Assembly: GCA_010093605.1 (NCBI GenBank)
Contig: MU004188.1
Span: forward strand, 809,673-873,672
Reading direction: 5' to 3'
Origin: Lophium mytilinum
Taxonomy: Eukaryota
Length of the DNA stretch: 64,000 nucleotides
Shown here: one piece after another, positions 35,936-47,279 of the stretch
Layout: each line of letters opens with the position of its first letter
How positions within the stretch are numbered: position 1 is the first letter of the stretch
Translations under genes and position numbers: made by a program
The notes under the pieces: generated by a model
Told to the model about the DNA's origin: nothing
The model's database searches: none
What the model saw: only the letters and a program-made list of their open reading frames with translations

Positions 35936-38632
35936 ATGCCTCAGCCATTGGCCTCCAAGGAGAACTCTCTCTTCCGTTCAGTCGTGAAGAATTACGAGTC
36001 CAAACAATACAAGAAGGGTACAGCTCTTCCTTTTCCCTCGGAAATCCCAAGCTCACTTCCCTAGGTCTCAAGGCCGCAGAACAGATCCTGCGCAAACACC
36101 CCAACCATGGCGACACTCAAGCCATGAAAGCCCTGATCCTCAACTCCCAAGGCCAAGCTGATGAGGCGTTTGCGCTGGCCAAAATTGCTCTCAAAAATGA
36201 CATGCGGTCGCACGTTTGCTGGCATGTCTACGGGCTGCTCTACCGCTCCGTGAAGAACTACGAGGAGGCAATCAAGGCGTACAAATTTGCGTTGAAGATT
36301 GAGCCGGACTCTAACAACATTCTGCGGGATCTCGCACTGCTGCAGGTGCAGATGCGGGATTACCAGGGCTATATTCAGAGCAGGACGCTCATGCTGAAGA
36401 CGCGGTCACAACAGAGGCAGAATTGGACTGGGTTGGCGGTGGCGTACCACCTTGCCGGGGATCTGAAAGAGGCAGAGAAGATACTGGTCACTTATGAAGG
36501 CACTCTGAAGAGCACACCGGCCAAGACGGACATTGAGCACTCGGAAGCTTCGCTTTACAAGAACACGGTTATAGCGGAGTCGGGAGATGTGAAACGGGCG
36601 TTGGACCACTTGGAGAGCCTCTACAAAGCTAATTTGGACCGGACTGCCGTAATGGAGCTACGCGCCGAGTACTTGCTGAGGCTGGAAAGGTACGAGGAAG
36701 CTGAGAAGGCCTACCGGGCGTTACTGGACAGGAACAACGAGTACCGGGAATACTACGATGGGCTGGAACGCGCGCTGCAATTGGACAGATCGGGTGAGGA
36801 GTCGCGGTCAAAGCTCAAGGAGCTGTATGAGGAGTATGCAGCGAAGAGTGAGCGTTTAGACGCCGCGCGACGGATACCACTGGACTTTCTAGAAGGTAGG
36901 TTTTGTCCAATTAAACTTATAGCACTTACTCATGGTTTCAGGGGAGGAGTTCAAAGCAGCTGTCGACCCATACCTACGACGGATGTTCAGCAAGGGTGTC
37001 CCTTCGACATTTCCAAACATCAAAGCTCTATACGCGGAGCCATCGAAGAAGGAAATAATAGAAGAGCTTGTGACTGGGTACACTACTGAGAAAAAGATGA
37101 ACGGATCGGCAGATGCGTCGACCAATGGAGACGTTTCAGAGCGTTTCGACCAGTCCGTCCTATACTTTCTCGCACAGCACTACAACTACCACCTAAGCCG
37201 CGACTTAGAGAAGGCTACGGAATACATAGACAAGGCACTCGAGCTGAATCCAAATTCAGTTGACTACAACATGACTAAGGCGCGGATATGGAAGCACCTT
37301 GGCAATACGAAGAAGGCTACTGAGACTATGGAGCATGCTCGACAACTGGACGAGAAGGACCGTTACATCAACACGAAGTCCGCTAAATACCAACTCCGCG
37401 ACGACCAGAACGACGCTGCATTGAAGACGATGAGCAAGTTCACAAGAAACGAAACGCACGGCGGCCCACTCGGAGATCTACATGATATGCAATGCATGTG
37501 GTACATCACCGAAGACGGCGAATCATACCGGCGACAGTTGAATCTTGGTCTTGCATTGAAACGATTTAATTCCATCTACGACATATTTGACATTTGGCAA
37601 GACGACCAATTCGACTTCCACAGCTTCTCATTGCGGAAAGGACAGATCAGGGCGTATGTTGAGATGGTAAAATGGGAAGATCATCTGCGGGAGCATCCGA
37701 TGTTCACGAGAGCAGCCATTTCTGCCGTGCAGATCTACCTCCTCCTTGCCGATGACCCATCCTTAGCGAACAAGAAAGAGAGCGAGGACAACCGGGACCC
37801 AGCCGAGAGGAAGAAGGCTGCGAAGAAAGCGAGAAAGGAGCTGGAGAAGCTTGAGAAGGAGACGGCTGAGAAGAAGGCCAACGCGGCAAAGAAAGCACCA
37901 ACAGGCGCAGACGGCGAGCCGAAGAAAGAAGATCCGGATCCTAAAGGGGAAAAGCTTATTCAGACCAAGCAGCCGTTGGAGGACGCGATGAAGTTCCTGA
38001 CGCCGCTGCTTGAGTTCAGCCCTAAGAATGTCGAGGCACAAATTCTGGGCTTTGAGGTCTTCATCAGGAGAAGTGAGTCGCTTCACTACCAATACAATAT
38101 ACTTTTCTAACCCAGTATCGCAGACAAACTCCTACTAGCCTTGAAATCCCTCCTCGCAACCGCATCATTAGACCCCGAAAACCCCACCCTCCACGAACAA
38201 GCCATCCGTTTCCGCCGTGCCCGTAAGTCCCACTTACCCCTCCCCGCTCACCCCCTCACACAGACTGATACCCTCATAGTCGATGCCTCATCCTCCTCCC
38301 TTCCCCCCAAAGTTTCCGAAGTCATCACCGCCCACTTCACCCTCATCCCGGCCTCCGAACCCCTCCCCGCCTTCAACGACGCCTTCCTGAAATCCCACGC
38401 CAAGTCTCCGCTCGCCGTGCACGCGGGACTGAAAGCCCGCTACCTCCTCGACCCGGCCTCGAAGTCGCAGAACGAGAAAGATCTGGTCGCTACGCTAGAC
38501 CTTCCTGAAATTACATTTGAAGAGACGAAGCAGGGGTTGGGGCTGTTGGGGCAATGGGGAAGTGAGACGGGGATTAAGGAGGAGTATAAGGAGAAGGCGA
38601 GGGGGAAGTGGCCGGAGTGTGGTGCGTTCTAG
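35936..38632 (+). CDS. NAT1: NatA N-terminal acetyltransferase auxiliary subunit (Naa15), TPR-rich
   Basis: YESKQYKKG|LKAAEQIL, SHVCWHVYGLLYR, LRDLALLQVQMRDY, ARQLDEKDRYINTK, LHDMQCMW, DQFDFHSFSLRKG. Confidence 0.95.
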
Positions 38633-39289
38633 TAAAGGAAGAGGAAGAGGAGAGAACTAGGAGGGGGAGGATGTTTAGGGGGGGGATTCTTTTTGAATTA
38701 GCTTGTGGGATATGTACTGCATACTACATTTATAGTGATAGACTGGTTTGGGATCTCGGCATGAGTGGGGCGGTGGATGTGGGGGAGATGAGTAGATAGG
38801 TATTCTATGGAAGCGGAAAAGTTTATAGATGTACAGAGTTGATTGGTTTGGTGTGTGACGTCGGCCCCTTCCTCGCTATTGGCATACGCAGCCAAAACCC
38901 GCATATCTGTTCTTCCGTTGTAATGGCTTCCTCACTCACTCACCTATCAATACAATACCTGACCATCCACCGAAGTCGTTGCTGAACCGCTCTCATCACA
39001 TCAGTGACCTGGATGGCGAAATCCGACTCTGCGCCTCTACGTGTTGCCATCTAGAAACCTTCCTCTTCGTAGGGAGAGCTAGAGCAGAGAGGTCCTCAGC
39101 TTGTCGCCGCTGAGGTCAACCCGAATCGACCGAATCGCCACCCTCAGTCGACACCAAGATATCGAATCTCTAGCTACGTCCTAGAGTAATTGCTTACCAC
39201 CAGCTTTAAAGCACGGCAATGCGACCGACCTAATTAACCATTAAATCCGATCTAGAACACCCTCTACACACACCTTACACTTTACACCT

Positions 39290-39700
39290 GTGTTAAGATA
39301 ATAGATTCACATGATATTATTTATCCACAGTTATTAGGCCACAGGCCAAGCGGAGTATTACATAGGGGTTACCAATAGATGGGGGCGTGAGGGTAAAGTA
39401 GAAAGGATCTATCCCTCCTTTATCCCTCTACTATATGCATAGGTTTCTATCCTTAGGGTTAAGAGACTTTAAGATACCTTTATCCGACAATTCTTTATAG
39501 AGGAGCGAGGAGGGGGTATATTTGGCTACTCCCGGAGGGGTAAATTCCTTTTAATCCTGTTGGGTTGGGAGTGAATGTATTCTAGGGCGCTTTGGGGATA
39601 GCTTTAGGGGAGCCCTGGGCCTTGCCTTGTTAGTGGTCCTTCCGTAGATAGAACTAAGGAGGCCACCCTACCTCCCCATGTAAATTAATAATAAACAACT
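39290..39700. repeat. AT/TpA-rich RIP-like repeat relic (possibly a degraded LTR)
   Basis: Abrupt drop in GC, abundant TA and scarce CA/TG by eye, no ORF; begins TGTTAAGA...; no TSD found. Confidence 0.4.
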
Positions 39701-40027
39701 ACCCTTCGCGCTCGCGCGCGTTGGCAGCCGAATCACATCAGCGACCTATGGTGCTGTGGCGCCACAGAATTGAAGTGGTGCATATGAATCCGAAATGGGA
39801 ATAGCGCCAATGCGGCTGCCATCTTTCACGCCCTTGCTTCCATCCTTCATCTCAACATCATCCCCGGCATTGGTCGTTCGTCCAGTATTACGCCCTCTTC
39901 CATCGTACTGCGGATTGCTTGTAATGGGTATTGGCGCAATCTGTGTGTGGAAACAAGCCTCAGGCCTCCGGGCAGGTATTTGTTGGCAAGGACAGCCTTC
40001 ACAGGGGTAAGAAGGGCCTTTGCATCC

Positions 40028-41358
40028 CAAGGACGTGTGTTGAACTAATGGCATTTCAGAAGATAGATTGTACGCTATTGTTATGTCGCTCTACACGTCT
40101 TCTTTGATTGGCGCCAGGGCCAGGACTCGGCTTCCAGTGCTGTCACGTGCCCAGAAAAGATTCTTGCCACATCTACCACAGCACTGGAATCCAGATACGT
40201 CGCTCCCACAATACCTGAGGAAGGATTGGGAGGTGCTGACAGAGAGAGAGATCTCAAGCAATTCTCCTGGGGGTATCAATGGCAAACTATCCACAGACGC
40301 CCTGGACCGAAAATGGTTCTCTACCCAGAACGCCTATTTTTCCATCAACGTTTGGAGGAAGAGACGCTGAGCTATCTCAAGATTGTCGAACATTCTATGG
40401 AGATAAGCCATTTAGAAAGCGACGTCGTCAACTTTAGGATTGCACAACGCCAAGCCGCGAAGCTATATTATCTTAACCGTAGTCTATCGAACAGAGTCTA
40501 CGACGGGTTGAGATATTTTCCAAGACGCCCAGCGTGCGCCAGTTTTCTCGAGGTTTCACTGACTTGAAAAAAGAGCTCTTCGACGATTTGAGAAATCTCG
40601 ACGGGCACGCGAAATGTACCATGCTCAATTCTTTTGATCCACTCCTAAATCGGTTTACATCTGCACGGCGAATTCCCGAAATTTGGATTCATGAGATCTT
40701 ACTACTGTATAAAGACGTCACAATCGAGATGTGGAGCCTTCAGCGGTCCAGGAATCCTATGGGACATATGGTACGCTGGTGGGATACAATGCTAGCACAA
40801 TATGCGCTAGGAAAAAACCGCATCTTCGAGATGAGGGATTTGTTCCAACTGACTCTAGTCCGCAACGCATGTCTAAGTGAGCAAAGGTTGTACTTTGTGG
40901 CTGCAACGAATCAAGTCTTTGAGCTCCACCATGTTGGGGCGTCAGAAGTGGAGAAATATATACGATGAGTAATAACAGCAAGGAATGCGAAAATCGTAAC
41001 CCTTATAGATGTTGCCCTCGTTAGCGACCTTTTGCTCAGAATCTCGGGTTTAGTCAGAGACATAGAGCGTTTGCGGCGTGAAGAATTGCTTCCGCTTTTA
41101 GCCTTGCGAGCTCAAAAGATACAAGGGAGGAAATTGGAAGAAGCGATACGGATCTCTAAACAACTGTTGAAACGATGCGAGTTGCGGACTCAGGAGTTCT
41201 ATCGTGAACAAAACGCAAGATTCGAGGGATTTGTATCCCAGGCTCAGGGTTGGCAGAGACGCTCCATCATCAAGTCCAAGAAACGCGAGCTACCAAAGAA
41301 GGTTTTCACAGTGGGCAGGATGGGCAACCCACCATCTTCCCGTCGGGTTTCGGTTTGA
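40028..41358 (+). pseudogene. Fragmented orphan gene (frame-shifted ORF chain)
   Basis: Successive protein-like ORFs 40068-40370, 40226-40567, 40534-40968 and 41032-41358 switch frame without clear introns; no family recognised. Confidence 0.4.
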
Positions 41359-41392
41359 TTCATTCAGATGTCGGCTAGTCATCACTTCTCAG

Positions 41393-43428
41393 CTACCTCA
41401 GCTCTACCCTCACATCCGCCTCCGCGCCATCAACCCACGTCCCGACAACCCTAGTGCCGGCCACTAGCTCAACTTCTCTACGGATGTGCTCCGCACCACC
41501 AGACCCACCCTCATCGCCACCATCACTATCAGAGTCCCACGTATCAGGCTCCAACGATGAATCCTTTCCAGCTACGATCCAATCGCCCGTCTCCCATAAG
41601 AGTCTCAGCTTCATCGGCGGGAGCCCAAACCGCTTCCCGACGATTCCCAACGCACTGTACACGCTGAAGCTCATCGGGATTTCCGCTACGAAGCTAGCCG
41701 GGGTCCCCTCTTTCACCGCCGGTTTCGCGGATGTGCCCAAGTGGAAGGTGAATCGGATCAGCCGCGCTGCGAGCGAGTTTGGGTTGATAGACGACGACGA
41801 GCGCGACACGCTCGGCTCACCGTATTCTTCGCATAGCTCCGCATAGCGCCTGTGGGTTGCTATGATGGCCTCGGCTTTCGCTTCGGGCGCAGCGGAGAGC
41901 TCTTTGCCGATTAGAGAGAGATAGTACATCTCTGAGTTCAGGCGTTCTTTGGGTGTAATCTGCAGCGAGAGTTGTTAGCACTGTCATCGAGCTTGTTTGG
42001 AAGAGTGTGGCTTACGGGGCTGAAGTTCAGGGTCTGCAGTTGACCTAGTCGCGCAATTGTGAGCATGTAGCCGTCCTCGGCGCTCAATGCTCTTCCGTCT
42101 GCGGCTTGGAGGGACTGGTAGAGCGGGTTGTGGGCTATGCGGAGGGCGGTGATGCCTGGAAATACGTCTTGCAGCTGGTCTATGAAGTTCCACGTGGAGA
42201 TCTCGTTGTAGGAGAGGTCGACATCTGTCACCGTGGGGGAGAACTTCAGGATTTCAGATCCAGGAGAAGCTATGTCAGAGATCCTGTTGTCTTTGAGCAG
42301 TAAGCGCTGGAGGTTAGGGAGCGATGCTAGAGGAGCTAGGTCCGTGAGCATGTGGAAAACATTGTCCTCGAGGGTCAGTTCGGTGATGTGGTTTGGTAGA
42401 AGGTCTAGCGAAAGAGTACCGAAAGAGTTGCTTGAGCCAACGAACGAAGTCAGGTCCGGGAACAGGGAGGCGAGCCTGGTAATCTAGTGCAGACTCAGTG
42501 GATGTGTCAATACTAGATAGGGGCTACATACGTCACGCCACGATAGAAATGTGTCTTCCAATTTGAGTGCTTTGATGTTCTTGAAAGCTGATATACATCG
42601 AGCCTGATCAGTTTCTGTGAGACTTATGTCTCTAAACCGGTTGCCGCTGACGCACCGTTAGCGATGACTTCTCAGCCTAGAAGTAGCTAGAACACTTACT
42701 CTACGCGTAGACTCTTGAGCTTATCGAGCTGCTCACAAATAGACGCAACTTCGCGCCACTCCTCGAACAAGTTTCGACTCAAATCCAATTCGATAATCTT
42801 CGGACAGGTCTCTCTGATATCAGTCAAAGCTTCCGGCCATGTTGCCTCCCCTGTAGCCTCCAGCCTCTCCTTCAAAGATGCAACAGGCCGTGACATACGC
42901 AGCCCATCTAACAACACAATCTTCAGCTCATTCAGATCTGCCAGTTGCTTCCTAATCTTGTCGAATCCGACTTCTTCGACCTCCTTCCCGCTGATCTTGA
43001 TGGGCTTGTCACGTGCCGGCGCTTTTTTAAGCTTGTCAGTCCGCACATACACGATCTCGGTGTCCGAGTCCTCGAAGTCTTCAGACGCGTACTTGTGACG
43101 CAGCGCTTCCACGAAGGAGCGTGGGGGTTCTGATACTCGTGTTGGCCGTACAAAGGAGCCGGCGGTCGGATGCTTATTGAGACCTGAAAACGTCGTGTTA
43201 GCATTGTCATTGTGTCACATATATGATAGAGTCTTGTTTGAAAGGACTGGTATTACAATTGAAGTATCTGACGCCGCCATTCTCGCCATTATGCTTTCCA
43301 CGTGTGGGATCATCCCATTCGACGCCTAGCCAGTCTCCTTTCGTGCCGGACACTTCCCCGTAGTAACGGACGGTGCACAGTTGTCTGTTGAAGGAAACGC
43401 GCTTTCCTACGTAGAACTGTGAATTCAT
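41393..43428 (-). CDS. PAC2: Tubulin-specific chaperone E (CAP-Gly, LRRs, ubiquitin-like C-terminus)
   Basis: CAP-Gly TVRYYGEV-GDWLGVEWDDPTRGKHNG; EEVGFDKIRKQL; LRRs LDLSRNLF, LLLKDNRI, VDLSYNEI; TIARL..LNFSP. Confidence 0.92.
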
Positions 43429-43687
43429 GATGGTGTGTTTTTTATTCCATGTTGCCTGCAGCTGCAGTTGAAGTCGTGTAGAATCAGATCTTATCTCGGT
43501 CCTAACTCGGGGATTCTCAGCCCTGCCAAGACCATCAACAGCCCCGCCAAAAGGCCCGCGTTACGAAACCACCCTCAATTTCACCATGCACAAATACCCC
43601 AACACCATGACTGCCCGCTGCCTCGACGACTTATAGACCACTATTACACTTGCACTCTCGCTACTAGACATACAAGCAACCTGAACC

Positions 43688-45138
43688 ATGGATGACTTCA
43701 ATAGCGAGACTGATAGCGACTACACGAGTTACTGGCGCGACTGGGTAGGTCTTTCTCTATATTCTGTATACTGTCTTGACCCTGCCCGGGGCCTATGTTT
43801 GGACTGGATCGAGCTCTGGGATACCTTCTACAACTCGTTATACTATCGATACACCAAGAGACATGGCCGGGGCTCCCGACTTCACACCTCCGCTCCCCGG
43901 CAAGCGCAAGGCCGATGGCATGCTCTCGAGCGACTCATTCGAACAGCACCTTGCCCCGAGTGCCCACGAGGCTGCCCCTGTCCAACAAATTTCCCCCGAA
44001 TGGTCTCTGAGTGAACAGCCTCCTGCCCTACATTCTTCGGACACGAAAGACTCTAATAGCTTGCCTCGGCCTACTAAGCCAACCGTTGTATTGCCATTGG
44101 ATGGACCCTACCTGGACTGGAGACACGAGTTGATAGTTGGGTTTAGATACATGGTAGGACATCTTGCCCAACTAGATGTACCTCCAAAACGTTGGGATAA
44201 GTTTGGTTCCGAGCCACCGCTGGAACAGCATCCTTATGCGCCTACATGCCACTTCATTAGGAACAGTTCGCCCGAGCTACTGATCTAGAGGGAAAGAGCC
44301 ACATAGCCAGGATTTTCATCTACGCATTAGCAGACATAGCTGACACCCTTTCGACTAGTTCATATCCTCTCGGGGCAACGAGTACTTTTGCGAGATTGAC
44401 GAGGAATACCTGACCGACCGCTTCAACCTTACGGGCCTAAACACCGAAGTCCAATATTACCAATATGCTCTCGACCTTGTCACCGACGTCTTCGACCTCG
44501 ACTGCGACGATGACATGCGGGAGTCGATCGAGAAGTCGGCGCGGCATCTATACGGCCTAGTACACGCGCGGTATATAGTGACAACGCGAGGGCTAGCCAA
44601 GATGGTACCTAACCTACCACATACTTCCACACGCTAGGCGACGATGGCTGACATCCGACAACAGCTCGAGAAATACAAAAAAGGCGACTTCGGCAAATGC
44701 CCGCGCGTCATGTGTGACCAACAGCCCCTCCTCCCCATGGGCCAGTCCGACGTCTCCAACACCTCCCCAGTCAAGCTCTTCTGCGCCAAGTGCGAAGACC
44801 TCTACAATCCCAAGTCGTCGCGCCACGCCTCCATCGACGGCGCGTATTTCGGCACCTCGTTCCACAACATCCTCTTCCAGGTCTACCCGGCCTTCATCCC
44901 GCCCAAAACCCAGCGTCGGTACGAGCCGCGCGTGTTTGGGTTCAAGGTGCACGCAGCGGCGGCGTTGGGGAGATGGCAGGCGGAGCAACGGGAGTCGATG
45001 AAGGATAGGCTAAAACAGGCGAGAGTTGAGACGGGGTTTGAGGAGGAAGACGAGGAGCTGGAGAGTGAGGAGGACGTGGATGACGAGATGGATGCGGGTC
45101 CGGAGGGCTTTGAGCATGGAGCCGTGCCGCAGCAGTGA
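43688..45138 (+). CDS. CKB2: Casein kinase II regulatory subunit beta-2, 3 exons
   Basis: MDDFNSETDSDYTSYWRDW|FISSRGNEYFCEIDEEYLTDRFNLTGL, LYGLVHARY, zinc ribbon CPRVMC...FCAKC, DGAYFGT; first intron 43745-44358 (614 nt). Confidence 0.95.
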
Positions 45139-45791
45139 GTGGCAAAAGGTATTTTGAGTTATGAGCGAGGTTTCAGTGGTCAGGCCGGGGTTTTTTGTGC
45201 CCACGAAACGGGCGGCACATCTGCATGATTCGGATGGGAGGCGTTAGGGTGAAGGCTGTGGATTCGCCTAGTAATCGCTTGGAATGATATCACTGTTTTC
45301 GGCTCTTGTCTGACACCACCCTCTGGCCTCATATGGCTTACAAGTTGTCGGCGGCTTTACCTAATCGGAAACCTCCCGGTGTATTTGTTCTGCAAGAGGG
45401 CTAATTAGCAGGGACACGCGCCTGAGTCGTATCCTTGAAGAAATGAAGTTGCGGTTTTTAAGCCTAGGTTACATACCCCTTGGCATCGAGCCTACGAGCA
45501 GAACTATGGAAATAGGCTCGCTTTAGCTATATCTTTAAGGAGTTGTGGCTCTCGTTGTGGCACGATAGCTTCAATAATCTTGATATCGCCAAGAGCTCTT
45601 ATTTGAGATAGCGTAAGTGTAGGAACGAATAATCTAAAGAGCTAGAGGTCTAAAGAAACCCTACGTCTATCTATCTGCACGTGCCTTCCAATGCTTCTAG
45701 TTATGTACGTAGCGGAGCTAGGGATCTCATGAAGGAAGCTTCGCGATGTACATATACTATACTGATCCTAAACCCAAGTACCCTTCTAGAT

Positions 45792-47279
45792 CTATGAATC
45801 CCCGCCCTTATCCCCCTTTCCCCCCCCCTCTCCCACCCTCTCCCCACCCTCCTCCGCCTCCTTCCACTCCATCTTCCGATTCATCCCCACAACACACCTC
45901 ACCAAATCCCAATCCCCCCCCTCGCCCACCCAATCACACACCACCACCCCCCTCCCCCCATCCCCCCCCCCCCCAACATGATGCTTCACACACAAATACC
46001 CCGTAACCGCCGGATTCAGCCTCGCCGCAATCCTCTCCGGCCAGCACCCCGCGCGCCAGAAATTACTCGCGCTCAAGAAATTCAAATACAACGGACCGGG
46101 TGGGACAGGATTCCGCGCATCCGTCGTAACCCCCGGGACTGGACTCACCACCTTCGCCGCCGCGGCAAGGTGGTCCGTCGTATACGCGATCTTGGCGTCG
46201 ATGTTGACGGCCTCGAGCACCTCGCAGAAGTCCTGCACGCACACGTCGCCGTGGACGTCGTGGGCCGTGTTGTAGGCCCAGTTCTCGGCGTTGAGGCCCC
46301 AGCCGCGGCCGTCGTTTAGCTCTTGCAGTTCGGGGGGTAGGGTGAACCGGCGCATGAGGACCATCTTGCCGCGGGCGGCGCCGAGCGAGGGGATCAGGGG
46401 CGCCGTGTGCCAGAGGGCGGGCGAGGTGGCGTAGTGCGTGTGCAGGATGGTGGCGAGCTGGGCGTCGGTGGAGGGCCCGGTGCCTTCGCGTTTGAGGGAC
46501 ATGATGACGGTTTCGGAGGGGTTGGCGGCGAGGAAGGCGAGGGTGGTGCTGATGAGGGGGCGGAGGTGCTTCGTTCCGGTGAGGGAGATGGGGAAGACGC
46601 CGTGCACGAGGATCAGGGCGTCGTTGGTGGGGTCTGTGGGGTTCTCGGGCTGCACGCGGATGTCGAAGAAGCGGATGCCGTTTTCGAGTTGCTCTTTGGG
46701 GGAGACGGCTTGGCAGCGGACGGAGGGCAGGGCTTTGTAGTGGGTGGGGGAGTTGTGGGTGCCTGGGATGGAGAGGGCGGAAAGGGGGGTTGCGTCTTTG
46801 AGATCTTTCATCCAGGAACTGAGGTTGGTGGGGGAGTAGATGGAGAGATGGGAGTCCTGGGGGACGAAGATACCCGTGTATTGGTGTTTAGGGTCTGCGA
46901 CTAATGGAGTGAACGATTGGGATTTTGTGGCCGCTGTGGCGTCCAGACGATATCTTTGGCCATGGCTTTCGAACGTCAGGCGGAGGACTTCAGTGGCTGA
47001 CCGTTCTGTGGTTGGGATGTCGGTAGTTTTGGTTTGGAAAGGTTCGATTCGGATGCTAACTTCTTGCTGGTTGAAGCTTTCGGCGTGAAGCCCGAGTGAA
47101 GGCGCCGAGGGCACGGATGAAGTGCTGTTGCCGACACTCCTTGAAACAAAACCTGTGATATGGCCGAAAGTGCTGGTCACGTTGGCTATCCTTGTTGTGC
47201 CTGCTTTCTCGTACCGTTCGATTACTTTCAGCTCAAGCGGAGTTGATGTGATGTTACGAATCGTGAGAGACGGAGCCAT
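45792..47279 (-). CDS. Phosphatidylinositol-specific phospholipase C, X-domain (bacterial-like PI-PLC)
   Basis: WMKDLKDATPLSALSIPGTHNS, CQ..SPKEQLENGIRFFDIR, LVHG, NPSETVIMSLKRE, LGAARGKMVLMRRF, VQDFCEV, LYLNFLSAS. Confidence 0.9.
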   Translation of the reverse strand: MAPSLTIRNITSTPLELKVIERYEKAGTTRIANVTSTFGHITGFVSRSVGNSTSSVPSAPSLGLHAESFNQQEVSIRIEPFQTKTTDIPTTERSATEVLRLTFESHGQRYRLDATAATKSQSFTPLVADPKHQYTGIFVPQDSHLSIYSPTNLSSWMKDLKDATPLSALSIPGTHNSPTHYKALPSVRCQAVSPKEQLENGIRFFDIRVQPENPTDPTNDALILVHGVFPISLTGTKHLRPLISTTLAFLAANPSETVIMSLKREGTGPSTDAQLATILHTHYATSPALWHTAPLIPSLGAARGKMVLMRRFTLPPELQELNDGRGWGLNAENWAYNTAHDVHGDVCVQDFCEVLEAVNIDAKIAYTTDHLAAAAKVVSPVPGVTTDARNPVPPGPLYLNFLSASNFWRAGCWPERIAARLNPAVTGYLCVKHHVGGGGDGGRGVVVCDWVGEGGDWDLVRCVVGMNRKMEWKEAEEGGERVGEGGGKGDKGGDS

